A stretch of DNA of 64,000 bases from assembly GCF_001194135.2 (NCBI RefSeq), contig NC_068981.1:170472923-170536922 (forward strand). Direction: 5' to 3'. Origin of the DNA: Octopus bimaculoides. Taxonomy: Eukaryota. Positions 1 to 12,555 of this stretch are shown here, one piece after another. Positions within the stretch are counted from its first letter, which is position 1. Every line of letters starts with the position of its first letter. Below the pieces are notes generated by a model. That model saw nothing but the letters and a program-made list of their open reading frames with translations. It was not told the DNA's origin and did not search any database. The position numbers and the translations under genes were made by a program.

Positions 1-64
1 GGATAGATTCACTACGCGCTCGATCGCACACATGCACAACCAACACACATATACACTCACACAT

Positions 65-80
65 TCTCTCTCTCTCTCCC

Positions 81-119
<39 letters not shown>

Positions 120-125
120 ACAAAT

Positions 126-152
<27 letters not shown>
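65..152. repeat. Compound (CT)n/(CA)n microsatellite
   Basis: Directly visible dinucleotide runs. Confidence 0.95.
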
Positions 153-157
<5 letters not shown>

Positions 158-1099
158 TTACTGTAATGAAAAGAAGCATAAATCGTGCAACATAGGAAGA
201 ACAATGTTTAAAATCTAAGGTTTTAATTTAACACTTGTGAGTTGGAAGATTGTGCTGTAATGGTGTGTTTTGCTACGTAGTTCTCTGTCAGAATAGAAAA
301 GCACAGAAAATCTGCGAAAAATTAAGGTTGAGTGAGAGATAATTAATTGCATAATTGTAAAATTATAAAAGTATTATAGATAACGATAACACAGTGACAG
401 CATTATCAGCAACAACATCATTATCATTATCAACAAAACAGCAACAACAACAAAGAAAAACAACGAATAAATATAGCAATCATAGTAAGGTATCTGCAGG
501 TAAAGGCAGCGGGTGAAAGATGAATGATTAGGAAGCTTGAGGTATGCTCTTCCTCAGATAAGATAAGAAGAAATATACTTGCGAGTAAATTGTATTTATC
601 AGGATTTCTCTCTAACTGGATCAGCGTAAATGAGAATGACGGGTACGTATGTGTTAGTGAACTTTATGTATATGTGTAGATTTTTATAAAGGAGAAAGGA
701 GGAAGTTGTTATCTGTACGTGTTTATGTCTATAAAGAAAATATGAACCACTGGAAATGTATACTTTCAATCGTGCGACTCTGAAACATTCAAAAATGGGA
801 GAAAAGACTTTGAGATTCAGTGAAAAGAAAGTAATAACCAAGAAATGGGTAAAAATTCTACGATATTTGTAAAAAGCCCGCAAGATTGGTAAAAAGTAAA
901 TTAAAGTAAAGTGGAAAAATGTGTTCGGGAAGATTATGCAATAAAAGAAGAAAATAGTCGCCTGAAAAGGGAACGCTTTTTAACCGTCTGCAGCAAGGAA
1001 AAAACGAACGACGAAAGTGGGAGACAGTAACAAAAGTGGTCTTTTTTGATAGAAAAGTAAATACAAACGGTGTGGAGAAAACATACAAATGCAAGCAGG

Positions 1100-1400
1100 T
1101 TCATCTGGACATACCATTGTACTCAATGAGGCGTTGAAGTACTGACCAGACGTTCACGTAGTTATCGCCAAATATTCCAAGCTCGTCTGCAACATTGCTA
1201 TCATTGAGAGTAAAATCCCATCCCACAGTATCACCAAGAACCCCCCCCCCCCACGCACACTATATGATCGACTCAAACCATTACTGAAATGTATTGAAGT
1301 CAGAACGGAAGTGTGCCTGATAATCCAGTGTGTTTGAAAGGAGTCAAAATCTTTACCAGAGCAGAGAAGCATAATCGAGAAATGTTGTAGTATGCTGCCA
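1100..1400 (+). mobile_element. Possible heavily decayed RTE-clade LINE 3' coding fragment
   Basis: Frameshifted translation (ESKIP...YDRLKPLLKC...DNPVCLKGVKIF) loosely resembles the RTE ORF2 C-terminal tail. Weak. Confidence 0.25.
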
Positions 1401-1424
1401 ATATACACTTTCAATTGTATTATA

Positions 1425-1737
1425 TGCGTGTCTTAGTGGTTATGATATTTAGCTCACGATTGCAGGGTCGTTAGTTCGAAAACCGGTGGTTTGTTGTGTT
1501 CTTGAGTAAGACATTTTATTTCCGCTGCCCCAGTTCAATCATCTGGAAAAATGAGTAGTACCGCTAGTTTAACGAGTAAGCTTTATCACGCTCTATGTCG
1601 CACTGAATGTCCTTGAGAACTTCGTGAAGGGTACGCTGGTCGTGGAGTGATCAGCCACTTGCACGTTAATTTTACGAGCAGGATTTTCTTTGATCGGATC
1701 ATTTGGAAGCCCCGTTGTTGTAACCGGTGGAGTGTCA
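1425..1737 (+). mobile_element. tRNA-derived SINE (family B), diverged
   Basis: A-box-like TAGTGGTTA and B-box-like GTTCGAA, then GTTGTGTTCTTGAGTAAGACATTTTATTT (also at 40.7 and 61.5 kb). The 3' module (CAGCCACTTGCACGTTAATTT...GATCGGATCA) is shared with the copies at 61439 and 61785. Confidence 0.75.
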
Positions 1738-2818
1738 TTTTATCTCTGATCATGATACATAAGACTCACTAGTAGTATGAAATAAAGGTACTCTGGTGGT
1801 AATTCAAATTTCGTCCAGAAAACTACTTCCGTCATAATGAAGAACACATTAATTTCGTTCTGCGAGGTTATCCACCTAATGTTGATATATCCTCAGTAGA
1901 ATGATAGGGAAAATCTTTGTTTAATATCTGCCATTGACGCCACAAGTATTAATGCAACACTGCTTAGATTTCATCAAAATATTTTACACTCCACCACTTA
2001 AATTTTTAATATTTAGAACACCCATATAACCCACATTTTAAATAACAAATAATTAATAATAGTATAATTAATTATTAAAACACTCATTACATAAACCATA
2101 TTTGACACCAACATAAAAGTATAAATTCAATCTATTGATCTCTTAATTTTGTAATTAATTCAATAATGTACCTTAACACTATAATACCTATCGCATTTTT
2201 AATTAGAATATTCATATAATTATCATTAAATAAACCCCAAATTTATATCTTTTATAGAACCACTATTTTTAGATAAATGCTGTCTACGGAACACTTTATC
2301 TTTTATTTTATAAAATCTTATAATCCAGCAGTAATGACTTGATACTTTTAATATATTTCAATATACAAATATGAAAATTAAATTACACGTATGTATTGAT
2401 ATATATTCTATCTCTGAAAATTATAGAAATATTTCTATAGTTAAACACAAGCTATTTTGCATTTTTATAATAAAAAATAAAATGATTAACCTTATATAAA
2501 AATAGATAGGAGATTACTAGTTACTCAAATTTTGACCTAGGGAATTTATCCTGTAACACCGGTTTTCAATTTCTCTAGCATTTCTTAAGTGAGTACAATA
2601 TAGTTGTTTTTTATATACCTAATATTTTTATACACTAAATATTTTTTTCTTAGAACAACGGAAATTCTATACTAACCAATATAATCCTAAATGACACCAA
2701 TGTTATAAATGTTCTCTGAAATACTTCTAGAAAACATTACCTCAGTGTACATAGCACCATTTATGGTAAGTTATATTTATATTCATCCCAACTTGCTTCC
2801 ATAAATTATATAAATATA

Positions 2819-2822
<4 letters not shown>

Positions 2823-2910
<88 letters not shown>
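2823..2910. repeat. (TA)n-(TG)n compound microsatellite
   Basis: Directly visible; source of the THTH/YIYI pseudo-ORF at 2742-3146. Confidence 0.95.
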
Positions 2911-2912
<2 letters not shown>

Positions 2913-5620
2913 TTCTCTGTAGTACTTCATAAAATTATAGTAGCATAATATAAACATATTTTTCATCCAATCTTTATTTACATTTCCAATTCTAATTCCT
3001 TGTATATTACATCCCTCATGATAAGTTACATCCGTCTTTCTACCATCTCGCTCACATAAAGCTTTAAAAATATATTTAAATTTAAATATAATAATACATA
3101 TATTTTTCACATAACTTTGATGTTTTAGCAGAATTTCGACGTTCAATATTAGCTACATTTTAAACGATAAATTTCTAATCACATGAATTCTGCGTCCTAA
3201 TAAGTTGTTTGTTTACCATTCGAAAATTCCTAAACGTAGAACTCAAATAATTAACTTCGTAATTCAAGACTCAAAATATACTCATATTTCTGACGATATC
3301 TGACAGTATATTGTTTATTACGTCTATAAGAGTTACAATTATTGACGATTCAAATATATTGTTGGATTGAAATATATGTCGAATCTTTTTTGAATATTTT
3401 GAATATTTTCGGTTGTTTTTTTATGTTGTCCCTTTTATACTTGTTCTTATAGGCAATCTTTCAATCATTTAATTTGCATTATTGTTCCACTGTGATACAA
3501 ATAAAATGAACCAAGCATCTTTTATATATTTTTCTTCTCCATCTTCTTTCATTGATTATATATATATATGTATATAAATATAAATTTTGAAGAAGACGTA
3601 AACTTGCTCTTAAGTATAGCAGATATATANNNNNNNNNNNNNNNNNNNNNNNNNNNNNNNNNNNNNNNNNNNNNNNNNNNNNNNNNNNNNNNNNNNNNNN
3701 NNNNNNNNNNNNNNNNNNNNNNNNNNNNNNNNNNNNNNNNNNNNNNNNNNNNNNNNNNNNNNNNNNNNNNNNNNNNNNNNNNNNNNNNNNNNNNNNNNNN
3801 NNNNNNNNNNNNNNNNNNNNNNNNNNNNNNNNNNNNNNNNNNNNNNNNNNNNNNNNNNNNNNNNNNNNNNNNNNNNNNNNNNNNNNNNNNNNNNNNNNNN
3901 NNNNNNNNNNNNNNNNNNNNNNNNNNNNNNNNNNNNNNNNNNNNNNNNNNNNNNNNNNNNNNNNNNNNNNNNNNNNNNNNNNNNNNNNNNNNNNNNNNNN
4001 NNNNNNNNNNNNNNNNNNNNNNNNNNNNNNNATATATATATATATATATACATACAGGGAACCATGAATGTGTGTGTGTGTGCGTGTGTAACTATACCTA
4101 TATAGTCAGATATATTAGTGTATATACTTATAGGTATACATATGTGTTTGTGGCAGTACATGTACGCATGTCTATTTGTTTGTTCCTCAGTGTAATAACA
4201 ACAAAACATTTGTTTCGTATTACAGTTTTCCGATACCGCAGCGACAATTGAATATACTCCTACATACATCGCGATATTGGTGAGCGTATTTATTACATTT
4301 AACTTGTGTTAAACATTTACAATAACGATGTAAATATGAGAATATGTGTTATTGGCACAAGTTGCAGGCAACGACTGATCGGATAGTCGACTGAGACAGA
4401 GTTATCAACTACCAGATTCTGCGATATTATGTTCACATTAATGGACGCATCTATACACAATGAATAGCAGAAATATAATATTCATCGGAAAATTTCAATA
4501 AACTGTTATCTTTATTTGACTGGACTGCAGTGTCATTTGCTGATGATTTACCAATAAAAATTTACATATTGTACATGTCAATGTTCGTAACAATTAATTG
4601 GTACACATTTTGAGGGGTTTAAGTTTCTGTAAATTAAAATGCCAAAGACATATGTGTCTGTGGCTTGACTCTCGTACATACAGGTATTAGCACAGTTAAA
4701 GATGCCAGCCAATATATTTAAATTAATTCAAATTACATCTATTCTGAGAAGGAACACGGATTATCATAAACACTAATTCTGGTCAAAATAAATTAGTTAA
4801 AATTAATTACACAGCACAAGGGCAAGAGATGACATGTTTTGATCTTAGTACACCGCATTTCCGAAGCATAGTCTAACCGAAACTGCAGATCTAAGATAAC
4901 AAGGCAATATATTCGCTTACCATATACTTTATAATTATACATACTTTACTAATTGCTTTCATGTTCCAGGAGTCTACTGTATTTTCTCTGAGTTCTTCTA
5001 TTGTGTTTCTTAGGCTTTGAATCAGATATTGTATTGTGAAATATATCGAAGAAAAAAGTGTTCATCCATATTACATATGAGGATCATGTGCTGGTATAAT
5101 CTTCAGTGCTGCGAATGTATTTGATTTTCAAATGTTATTACTTTCGAAGTCTGCTGGCAATGATACCAACATTCATTTGTTTACAATATGAATAAAGTAG
5201 CTGTTTCTTCCATACGCTCGATTTTTTTAAAACTTATCTCCAAGGGCACTTCTATAGATATATGTCTGAATGTTTTAGTGTTTGAAAATTCATCGAAGTT
5301 TTATATAATTATTGTTTTAATTCTTTTAGCTGAAGGCTAATAATGCAGTTTCAAACTGATTTCTGCTGTGACCATTCATTCCTTTATTTTTACTAAGAGG
5401 TATATCTAGCACTACGTTGTAGTGTTATTATAATATTAAAAGAACGTAGTTTGAATTGGGTGACACAAAGTTGGAGTCAAGCAGGTTTAGCGACGACATA
5501 TGAACTGTCTTCTTGTCTCCTATATACACTTCTGAGATACCAGTTAAAAGCGTTAATTTTATCTCTAGTTATGCATATTTATATTGTGTTTAGTACTATT
5601 TGTTTCACCACTTTGTCTTC

Positions 5621-6040
5621 CTTTAAACATCTCACGTATGCAGTAATATTTTGCAAAACTTTCCCTCCCTGAAAATAAACAGATTTTATTCCACAATAAT
5701 TGTTTTCTTGTGCATTCAATTTTTTGTTGATCAGAACACTATGTTTCAAATAAATTTTATAACCTGAAGTTATTAAAGGTTCTTTTTTCTTAAATGATTC
5801 TTCTATGTAAACATTTTACTGTATATTTAATTTCTGGTCAACAAACTTTTCTTACTTTAGACATCTCACGTATGCAAGAATATTTTACAAAATTTTATTC
5901 AGTAATAATAGTTTTCTGATGCATTTAATTTTGTGTAGATGAGAATATAGGGTTTCAAATAAATTATAGAACCTGAAGCTATTAAATGTTCTTTTTTCTT
6001 GACTGATTCTCCTATGTAATCATTTTACTGTCAACAAACT
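5621..6040. repeat. Diverged local tandem duplication (units ~5621-5846 and ~5855-6040)
   Basis: Both units start CTTTA(A/G)ACATCTCACGTATGCA, share GTTTCAAATAAATT..AACCTGAAG.TATTAAA.GTTCTTTTTTCTT and end GTCAACAAACT. Confidence 0.8.
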
Positions 6041-6675
6041 CAACAGCCTCATCGAATAGCCACGCTTCAATATGGAGGAAACTTAATACATTCTGCTCTT
6101 CCCTTTTCCTCTTTTTTTCTGCACATTCATATTACCACTTGAATATTTTTCAAATCTTTCTGACTGAAGTAGTACTATTACATTGCTTTTGCTCTTTCTG
6201 AGAGAAAACGTGAATGTTCCATACTATGCAATAGTTCATATTTCTGAACCCAGTCTTATTTCGCTCAGTGTGCCAGCATATATCTGCGCAAGCAGAGGTA
6301 GATATAAAAGATGGTTTCAAAAATATGATTCTTTATGTAATAGAATATATTCAAAACATGTCATTGTTCTATGTAAGGCATTATATCTTGCATTGGTTTC
6401 AGATATAGAGATTTATATCCGATTAGTTTTAATTGAATGCGTACAACATGCATTTATTTCTGGGTAAAACTGACGTTATACGGCACAGAGAGATTTAGTG
6501 ATGTTACAGTATTCAAATGCGTCAGGAATCTAATGCCGCTTTTTCTTATGTATGCATTTCAGAAAACACCCCACCTGAAGAGTGCTGAATCTGGTTTAGC
6601 AAGAAATTTTATCCCATTAATTATCAAAAGAAACAATTCTCTGCCAGCAATAATTATCATAAACGCTTAAAGAAC

Positions 6676-7544
6676 TTTTGAGTTATCCCATAAATAATGC
6701 GGTTATTTTATGCTTCTTTTAGTTTTCAAAATTAAGATAAACAAAGTTCTTTCTTTAATCTAAAATACACTCTCCTTAATTTTCCACAATGCTCTTCTAT
6801 CTATCTGGTAGACTTGCAAGACCTCGCTTCCAAAAATTCACTTGAGTGTGACGAAAAATACTCCCCTAACACCGTTTTGACCTACAGTATTCATATTTTG
6901 TCCGTCCAATTCATTTTGAAAACTGCGGAATAAATGATAATCAGATGGGTCAATAGTCGGCAAATATAATTGGTGGGGCATCGTTTCCCATTCAAACTGC
7001 TCCAGCTTCTGGAATGTCATCCTCGCGGTATATGGCCGAGCATTATCCTGATGGAAGAACACCTTTCGTCTTGAAAACAAAGATGGTCGTTTTTCTTCTT
7101 CAAGCTGCACGCAGTAGATTTCTTTTGTTATCGTATGGTTTGGGCTTAACATTTCAATGTGGACTAACCTTTACATATCACACCAAACAGATAATAACAT
7201 CTTACGTAAGTGAAGACCTTTAGCCTGAGGTGCCAGAGTTTCTCCCTTCCATACCCAGTGTCTTCGATGCTTGACATTTTTGTACAGAACCCTTTCTCGT
7301 CACCAGTCACCATTCGATCCACAAAGGTTCACTCGCGAGACATGGCAGCACACGAAAGCACACATTCACTCTCTTAACGCGATTAGACTCGGAAAGTCTG
7401 TGAGGAACTCATTGACCCAATTTGCTGACTTTTCCGATGGCACGCAGGTATCGATGAATGGTTGAATGACTACCTGCATCAACTTGCCCGACTTTTAGTT
7501 GATGCAATTGAAAAACACGGCATTATTTATGTCATGGCCTAATA
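6676..7544 (-). mobile_element. Mariner (DD34D) DNA transposon, internally deleted, with both TIRs
   Basis: Minus-strand translation gives *VPHRL (WVPHEL motif), VTGDEK, HQDNARP and PTIDPSDYHLF (SPDLAPSD motif). TIR-like ends share CATAAATAATGC (6676-6704 and reverse complement at ~7513-7542). TA at 7543-7544. Stops and frameshifts present; the N-terminal part of the transposase is missing. Confidence 0.92.
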
Positions 7545-9266
7545 TATTGTGTAGTTTAATAGTTTGTTGTAATAATCATCACACGCAATTATCTCATAGT
7601 AACTAAAACGATTAGAATGCAATTTCAACATCACTTTCTCTGACGTGCAGTCTTAATCTAAAATAGCATCCGAAGATGTTATCAATAAGACCTTATTTAA
7701 TTAATGGAAACCACTAAGAATAAAACAAGCACTCCCTATAAAATCTCACTAGCCAAGTTACGTGCTTCATATACTTGAAGGAGAGTAATGTGATAAAAAT
7801 GGTAGACCTCATAATTCTCTGGGAAGCGAACATCGAAGATACTTTTCTTAGGAATGACAAGAAATACTTCGAGTTGGTTCTACTAATGGAAATAAGGGAT
7901 AGGAGGGAATATGCCTTCCTGTAAAAAAGGTGTTAGAGGATATTTTGAAACTAGTGTTCCTTCGACGTTCGGCAGTCTTTGAATAGCTGCAGAGGAGCCA
8001 AAACATTTTACCAAAAAAGATATTTTAACCCACCGAGAAAACAATAAACAGGATGAGTGGTACATTGAGAATAATAGAAGCACCTGGCCCAGAGTCATAA
8101 CATATGACTCAACAAACTTGTGCTGTTGTACAGGAATTTTAAGTATTGTTGATTACATAATTGTGTGTTCCCAAGCAGCCTTGGTGTCGCGTGGAAAAGA
8201 CCAAAATACATACAGAGCCACTTCATTGCCTAATCACACATCGATACCTACATTCGAAGTTTACCCGAAATTTAAAACCTGTAAAAACAGGTCCAATTAC
8301 TAACTGCTATACATCCCGTCACACATCCAGTAATAATAGTACTTTTCTGTCGTAAAGCAGATATAAACAAATTGTGCATTTGATTGTTACGAATCAAATA
8401 AAGCAGCAATTTGCTTTGCCCGGTACATGATAAACCACTTTCTCTCAACAAACTTGCATTCTTCTCTTTAAATGAAATGACTCTACGTTCTCTTTCGTAT
8501 TACCCTCTAACTTTTATTCTCGCTTCTACTCTCGTACTACTTCATTACTTTGCAACTCATATGCGTATATACATTAACCGGTAAGACATTGAAAATTTTC
8601 TAGCGTGCATCAAAATATCATATTCATATCACTGAAAAGGATTAGATTGGGAAGCCATGGCTGAATATCATTCTATTGTAAGAAGTGGATTTCTAAAATC
8701 GTCACACTGCAAAAAGTATCTGTTACAAACTACGAACGTCTCTAATGTCATGTCCACATTTACCATGAAGCAATAGAGGATCGCTGGACCTGAGGTGAAA
8801 GGATTTGATCCACAGGTGAAATCTCTCGAAGTTTGAAGTTTTAAACATTTTACCAATGAAGTATCCGGAAAACCGTATGACAAATATTAAAGTATTAAAG
8901 TAAACAAAAATAAATAAATAAATAAAGTTACATTTCTCTTAGTATGTAAACTTAATTGATTATTTTTCTTTTCACTAATATAAACAACTCATATAGTTAG
9001 AAAAGGTGCTTTAAAGAATTTCCGTGTAAATGTCAACACTGCGTCAATTTCTTTAAATTTATTCACCTTTATAACAATATAAGTAATTAATTATTACAAC
9101 AGTTTTGCAGTATTATATTCTAAATGATTGGTATCTATACATTTAAGGTATCTACCAGTTAATATCACACTCACGTAGAGTAGGTAATCTATATAACGTG
9201 GATTGTAACAATTATCAAAATTACTTCACAGAAAATAGCGACCTGTCACTGCAGCGTGATTAATAT

Positions 9267-9486
9267 TAATAAGCCCTTCTATTATAGTCACAAAGCTTGA
9301 TGTTTTGGAGGAGAGGACTAGTTGATTACTCCGACCCCAGAATTTCGCTGGTACTTTATATATCGAGCCCCGAAGGATGAAAGCAAAGTCAACCTCGGCA
9401 GAAATTGAACTCAGACCGTAGCGATGGGCGAAATAACGCTAAGCCATTCGTCCAGCATGCTAACGACATTGCCAGCTCTCTGCCCT
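9267..9486 (-). mobile_element. tRNA-derived SINE (family C)
   Basis: Reverse complement reads GAGCTGGCAATGTCGTTAGC...CTGAGTTCAATTTCTGCCGAGGTTGACTTTGCTTTCATCCTTCGGGG..GAT..AAGTACCAG. A second copy lies at 60560-60782. Confidence 0.8.
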
Positions 9487-9734
9487 GGTAATTAATTGCA
9501 ATAATATCAACCAGATCGCAGAACACCCGCAATCTTCATGACGTACGAGGAATGAAAACCAAACTAATTAAATAATGGAACCGCCAACGCAAATTTTTTT
9601 TTAAGGAAAGTATACACTTATGAGTTATTTATAATGTAGTTTGAAACTTCGACAAAAGACCAAGTACTATGAAATGTTTAATACCTGTTACACATTAGTC
9701 ACAGCAAGTATATCAATAAGTACATATATTTTAT

Positions 9735-9995
9735 TGACAGTCGCCGCGTAGGTTCACGTAGGACCTTGGACAGCAGGTCAAATTATTCTATGAACACATC
9801 TAGATCCCTTTCATGTATCTCTCAGATTTTTTTGACAATGTATTAAATAGCAGGGGGCCTTTGAATCCCAAGTCTTTTCAGTACTTGTCCTTATTCTAGA
9901 TACAAACGAATGGACCTTAGGCACAGTTCAGTGACGTCCACTTCGGGGGCTGTTATAGCTCTCGATGACAAAGTTTGACGCCACCTCTTCTATGA
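9735..9995 (-). mobile_element. CR1-like LINE ORF2 3' fragment
   Basis: Frameshifted minus-strand translation SNFVIESYNSPRSGRH*TVPKV...GFKGPLLFNTLSKNLRD..DLDVF..FDLLSKV..EPT matches the pattern of a CR1-group ORF2 C-terminus (recalled, not searched). Confidence 0.6.
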
Positions 9996-10923
9996 TGTTA
10001 CACACACACACACACACACACACACANNNNNNNNNNNNNNNNNNNNNNNNNNNNNNNNNNNNNNNNNNNNNNNNNNNNNNNNNNNNNNNNNNNNNNNNNN
10101 NNNNNNNNNNNNNNNNNNNNNNNNNNNNNNNNNNNNNNNNNNNNNNNNNNNNNNNNNNNNNNNNNNNNNNNNNNNNNNNNNNNNNNNNNNNNNNNNNNNN
10201 NNNNNNNNNNNNNNNNNNNNNNNNNNNNNNNNNNNNNNNNNNNNNNNNNNNNNNNNNNNNNNNNNNNNNNNNNNNNNNNNNNNNNNNNNNNNNNNNNNNN
10301 NNNNNNNNNNNNNNNNNNNNNNNNNNNNNNNNNNNNNNNNNNNNNNNNNNNNNNNNNNNNNNNNNNNNNNNNNNNNNNNNNNNNNNNNNNNNNNNNNNNN
10401 NNNNNNNNNNNNNNNNNNNNNNNNNNNNNNNNNNNNNNNNNNNNNNNNNNNNNNNNNNNNNNNNNNNNNNNNNNNNNNNNNNNNNNNNNNNNNNNNNNNN
10501 NNNTGTGTGTGTGTGTGTGTGTCTGTGTGTGTGTATAACATTAGGCTTCCTGGTTTTTAAACATATAAAATATTTCTGATTTGCGCACGCTTTTCATGAA
10601 ATATACCGATTTCATTAATGACGAGACATAAAAAAGGTCGCACATGCAAATTACGCTACCCAGTAATACACTAGTTTAATCTATGTCTGCTTTATATGAC
10701 AACTCCATATCATACGACGCTGACGACAAAGGCATATGAATACTCTTTCTCTGAGGAAAAGTTGAGTCAGAAGTCCACGCTGTCTCTCTATCCTGTAGAG
10801 AAAAAACTTAGGAGTGCATTTACATTCTTCTCGTTTTATTTGCCAGCAGACTTTATGGTGTTTTAATTTGTCCTTCTAATTCAGTCTGTGTTGTATTACA
10901 CACGCACACACACACACACACAC

Positions 10924-11052
10924 AGGAGTGGCTGTGTGGTAAGTAGCTTGCTTACCAACCACATGGTTCCGGGTTCATTCCCACTGCTTGGCACCCTAGG
11001 CAAGTGTGGATTTGGTAGACGGAAACTGAAAGAAGCCCGTCGTATATATATA
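10924..11052 (+). mobile_element. tRNA-derived SINE (family A), 5' half running into a gap
   Basis: Near-identical to the head of the full copy at 63574-63990 (AGGAGTGGCTGTGTG...GGATTTGGTAGACGGAAACTGAAAGAAGCCCGTCG), but lacks ~39 bp at 11007/11008 with GT microhomology. Confidence 0.9.
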
Positions 11053-11586
11053 NNNNNNNNNNNNNNNNNNNNNNNNNNNNNNNNNNNNNNNNNNNNNNNN
11101 NNNNNNNNNNNNNNNNNNNNNNNNNNNNNNNNNNNNNNNNNNNNNNNNNNNNNNNNNNNNNNNNNNNNNNNNNNNNNNNNNNNNNNNNNNNNNNNNNNNN
11201 NNNNNNNNNNNNNNNNNNNNNNNNNNNNNNNNNNNNNNNNNNNNNNNNNNNNNNNNNNNNNNNNNNNNNNNNNNNNNNNNNNNNNNNNNNNNNNNNNNNN
11301 NNNNNNNNNNNNNNNNNNNNNNNNNNNNNNNNNNNNNNNNNNNNNNNNNNNNNNNNNNNNNNNNNNNNNNNNNNNNNNNNNNNNNNNNNNNNNNNNNNNN
11401 NNNNNNNNNNNNNNNNNNNNNNNNNNNNNNNNNNNNNNNNNNNNNNNNNNNNNNNNNNNNNNNNNNNNNNNNNNNNNNNNNNNNNNNNNNNNNNNNNNNN
11501 NNNNNNNNNNNNNNNNNNNNNNNNNNNNNNNNNNNNNNNNNNNNNNNNNNNNNNNNNNNNNNNNNNNNNNNNNNNNNNNNNNNNNN

Positions 11587-11617
<31 letters not shown>

Positions 11618-12416
11618 TGTGTGCGTATGCTAAGTAATAGATATGGAATGCAGGAACATTTTACATGTTTCCGTAGTCAAGCCACAGTTCAATATACCAT
11701 TAATTCTAGACCTTCTAAATGCATGAAGAAGGAATTGTATTCCGAAATATCATCGGACTATAGATAACTAAATTACAACAGGTATATAGTCCATTTTTTT
11801 GTATTATAGTGTATTGTTGTACCATTCAAAAAAACTTTTTATTCTTTTCTATTCTTAATTGTTCTGCCAGCGGAGAAAACGCCGTAGATTGGAAGTTATT
11901 TCTAAAAATATTTCTCATCAACAAAGCTCATCGTCTAACGCTAAATGAGAAAGAAATAAAAGTAACCATTGTTATATATTAACTTACTTCATACCAGCAA
12001 GTTTTTCTTATATATAAAATCACTTAGTGCCCTCATGCAACTGCTGACGAAATAGTGTCAAAACATTATCCTAATTGAAGCTGAAACTGCAATATTTGTC
12101 TTTGAGTAGGATTTCAAAGGGAATATTTAACATAATTGAACCGGTCTGTTGTAGGTTTTGGCACTAAATCTAGTGTAATTTCAGCTACTCTTATAATTTG
12201 ATACTGAGACGCAATTTATACGGGAAATTTGTAACAGATAATAGCAGATGCTGACTGACATTTGATTCATTTATAAAACTTCAGCAGCATATATATGAGT
12301 ATGTACCTGTGAATGAGTGAGTGTGTGTTAGTGTCCATATACATATACATATATGTGTGTGATATGTCAATGCAAATGGTAAAGTATATATATATTCGTA
12401 CGAAGCCGGTTATTAA

Positions 12417-12454
<38 letters not shown>

Positions 12455-12470
12455 AGAGAGNNNNNNNNNN

Positions 12471-12555
<85 letters not shown>

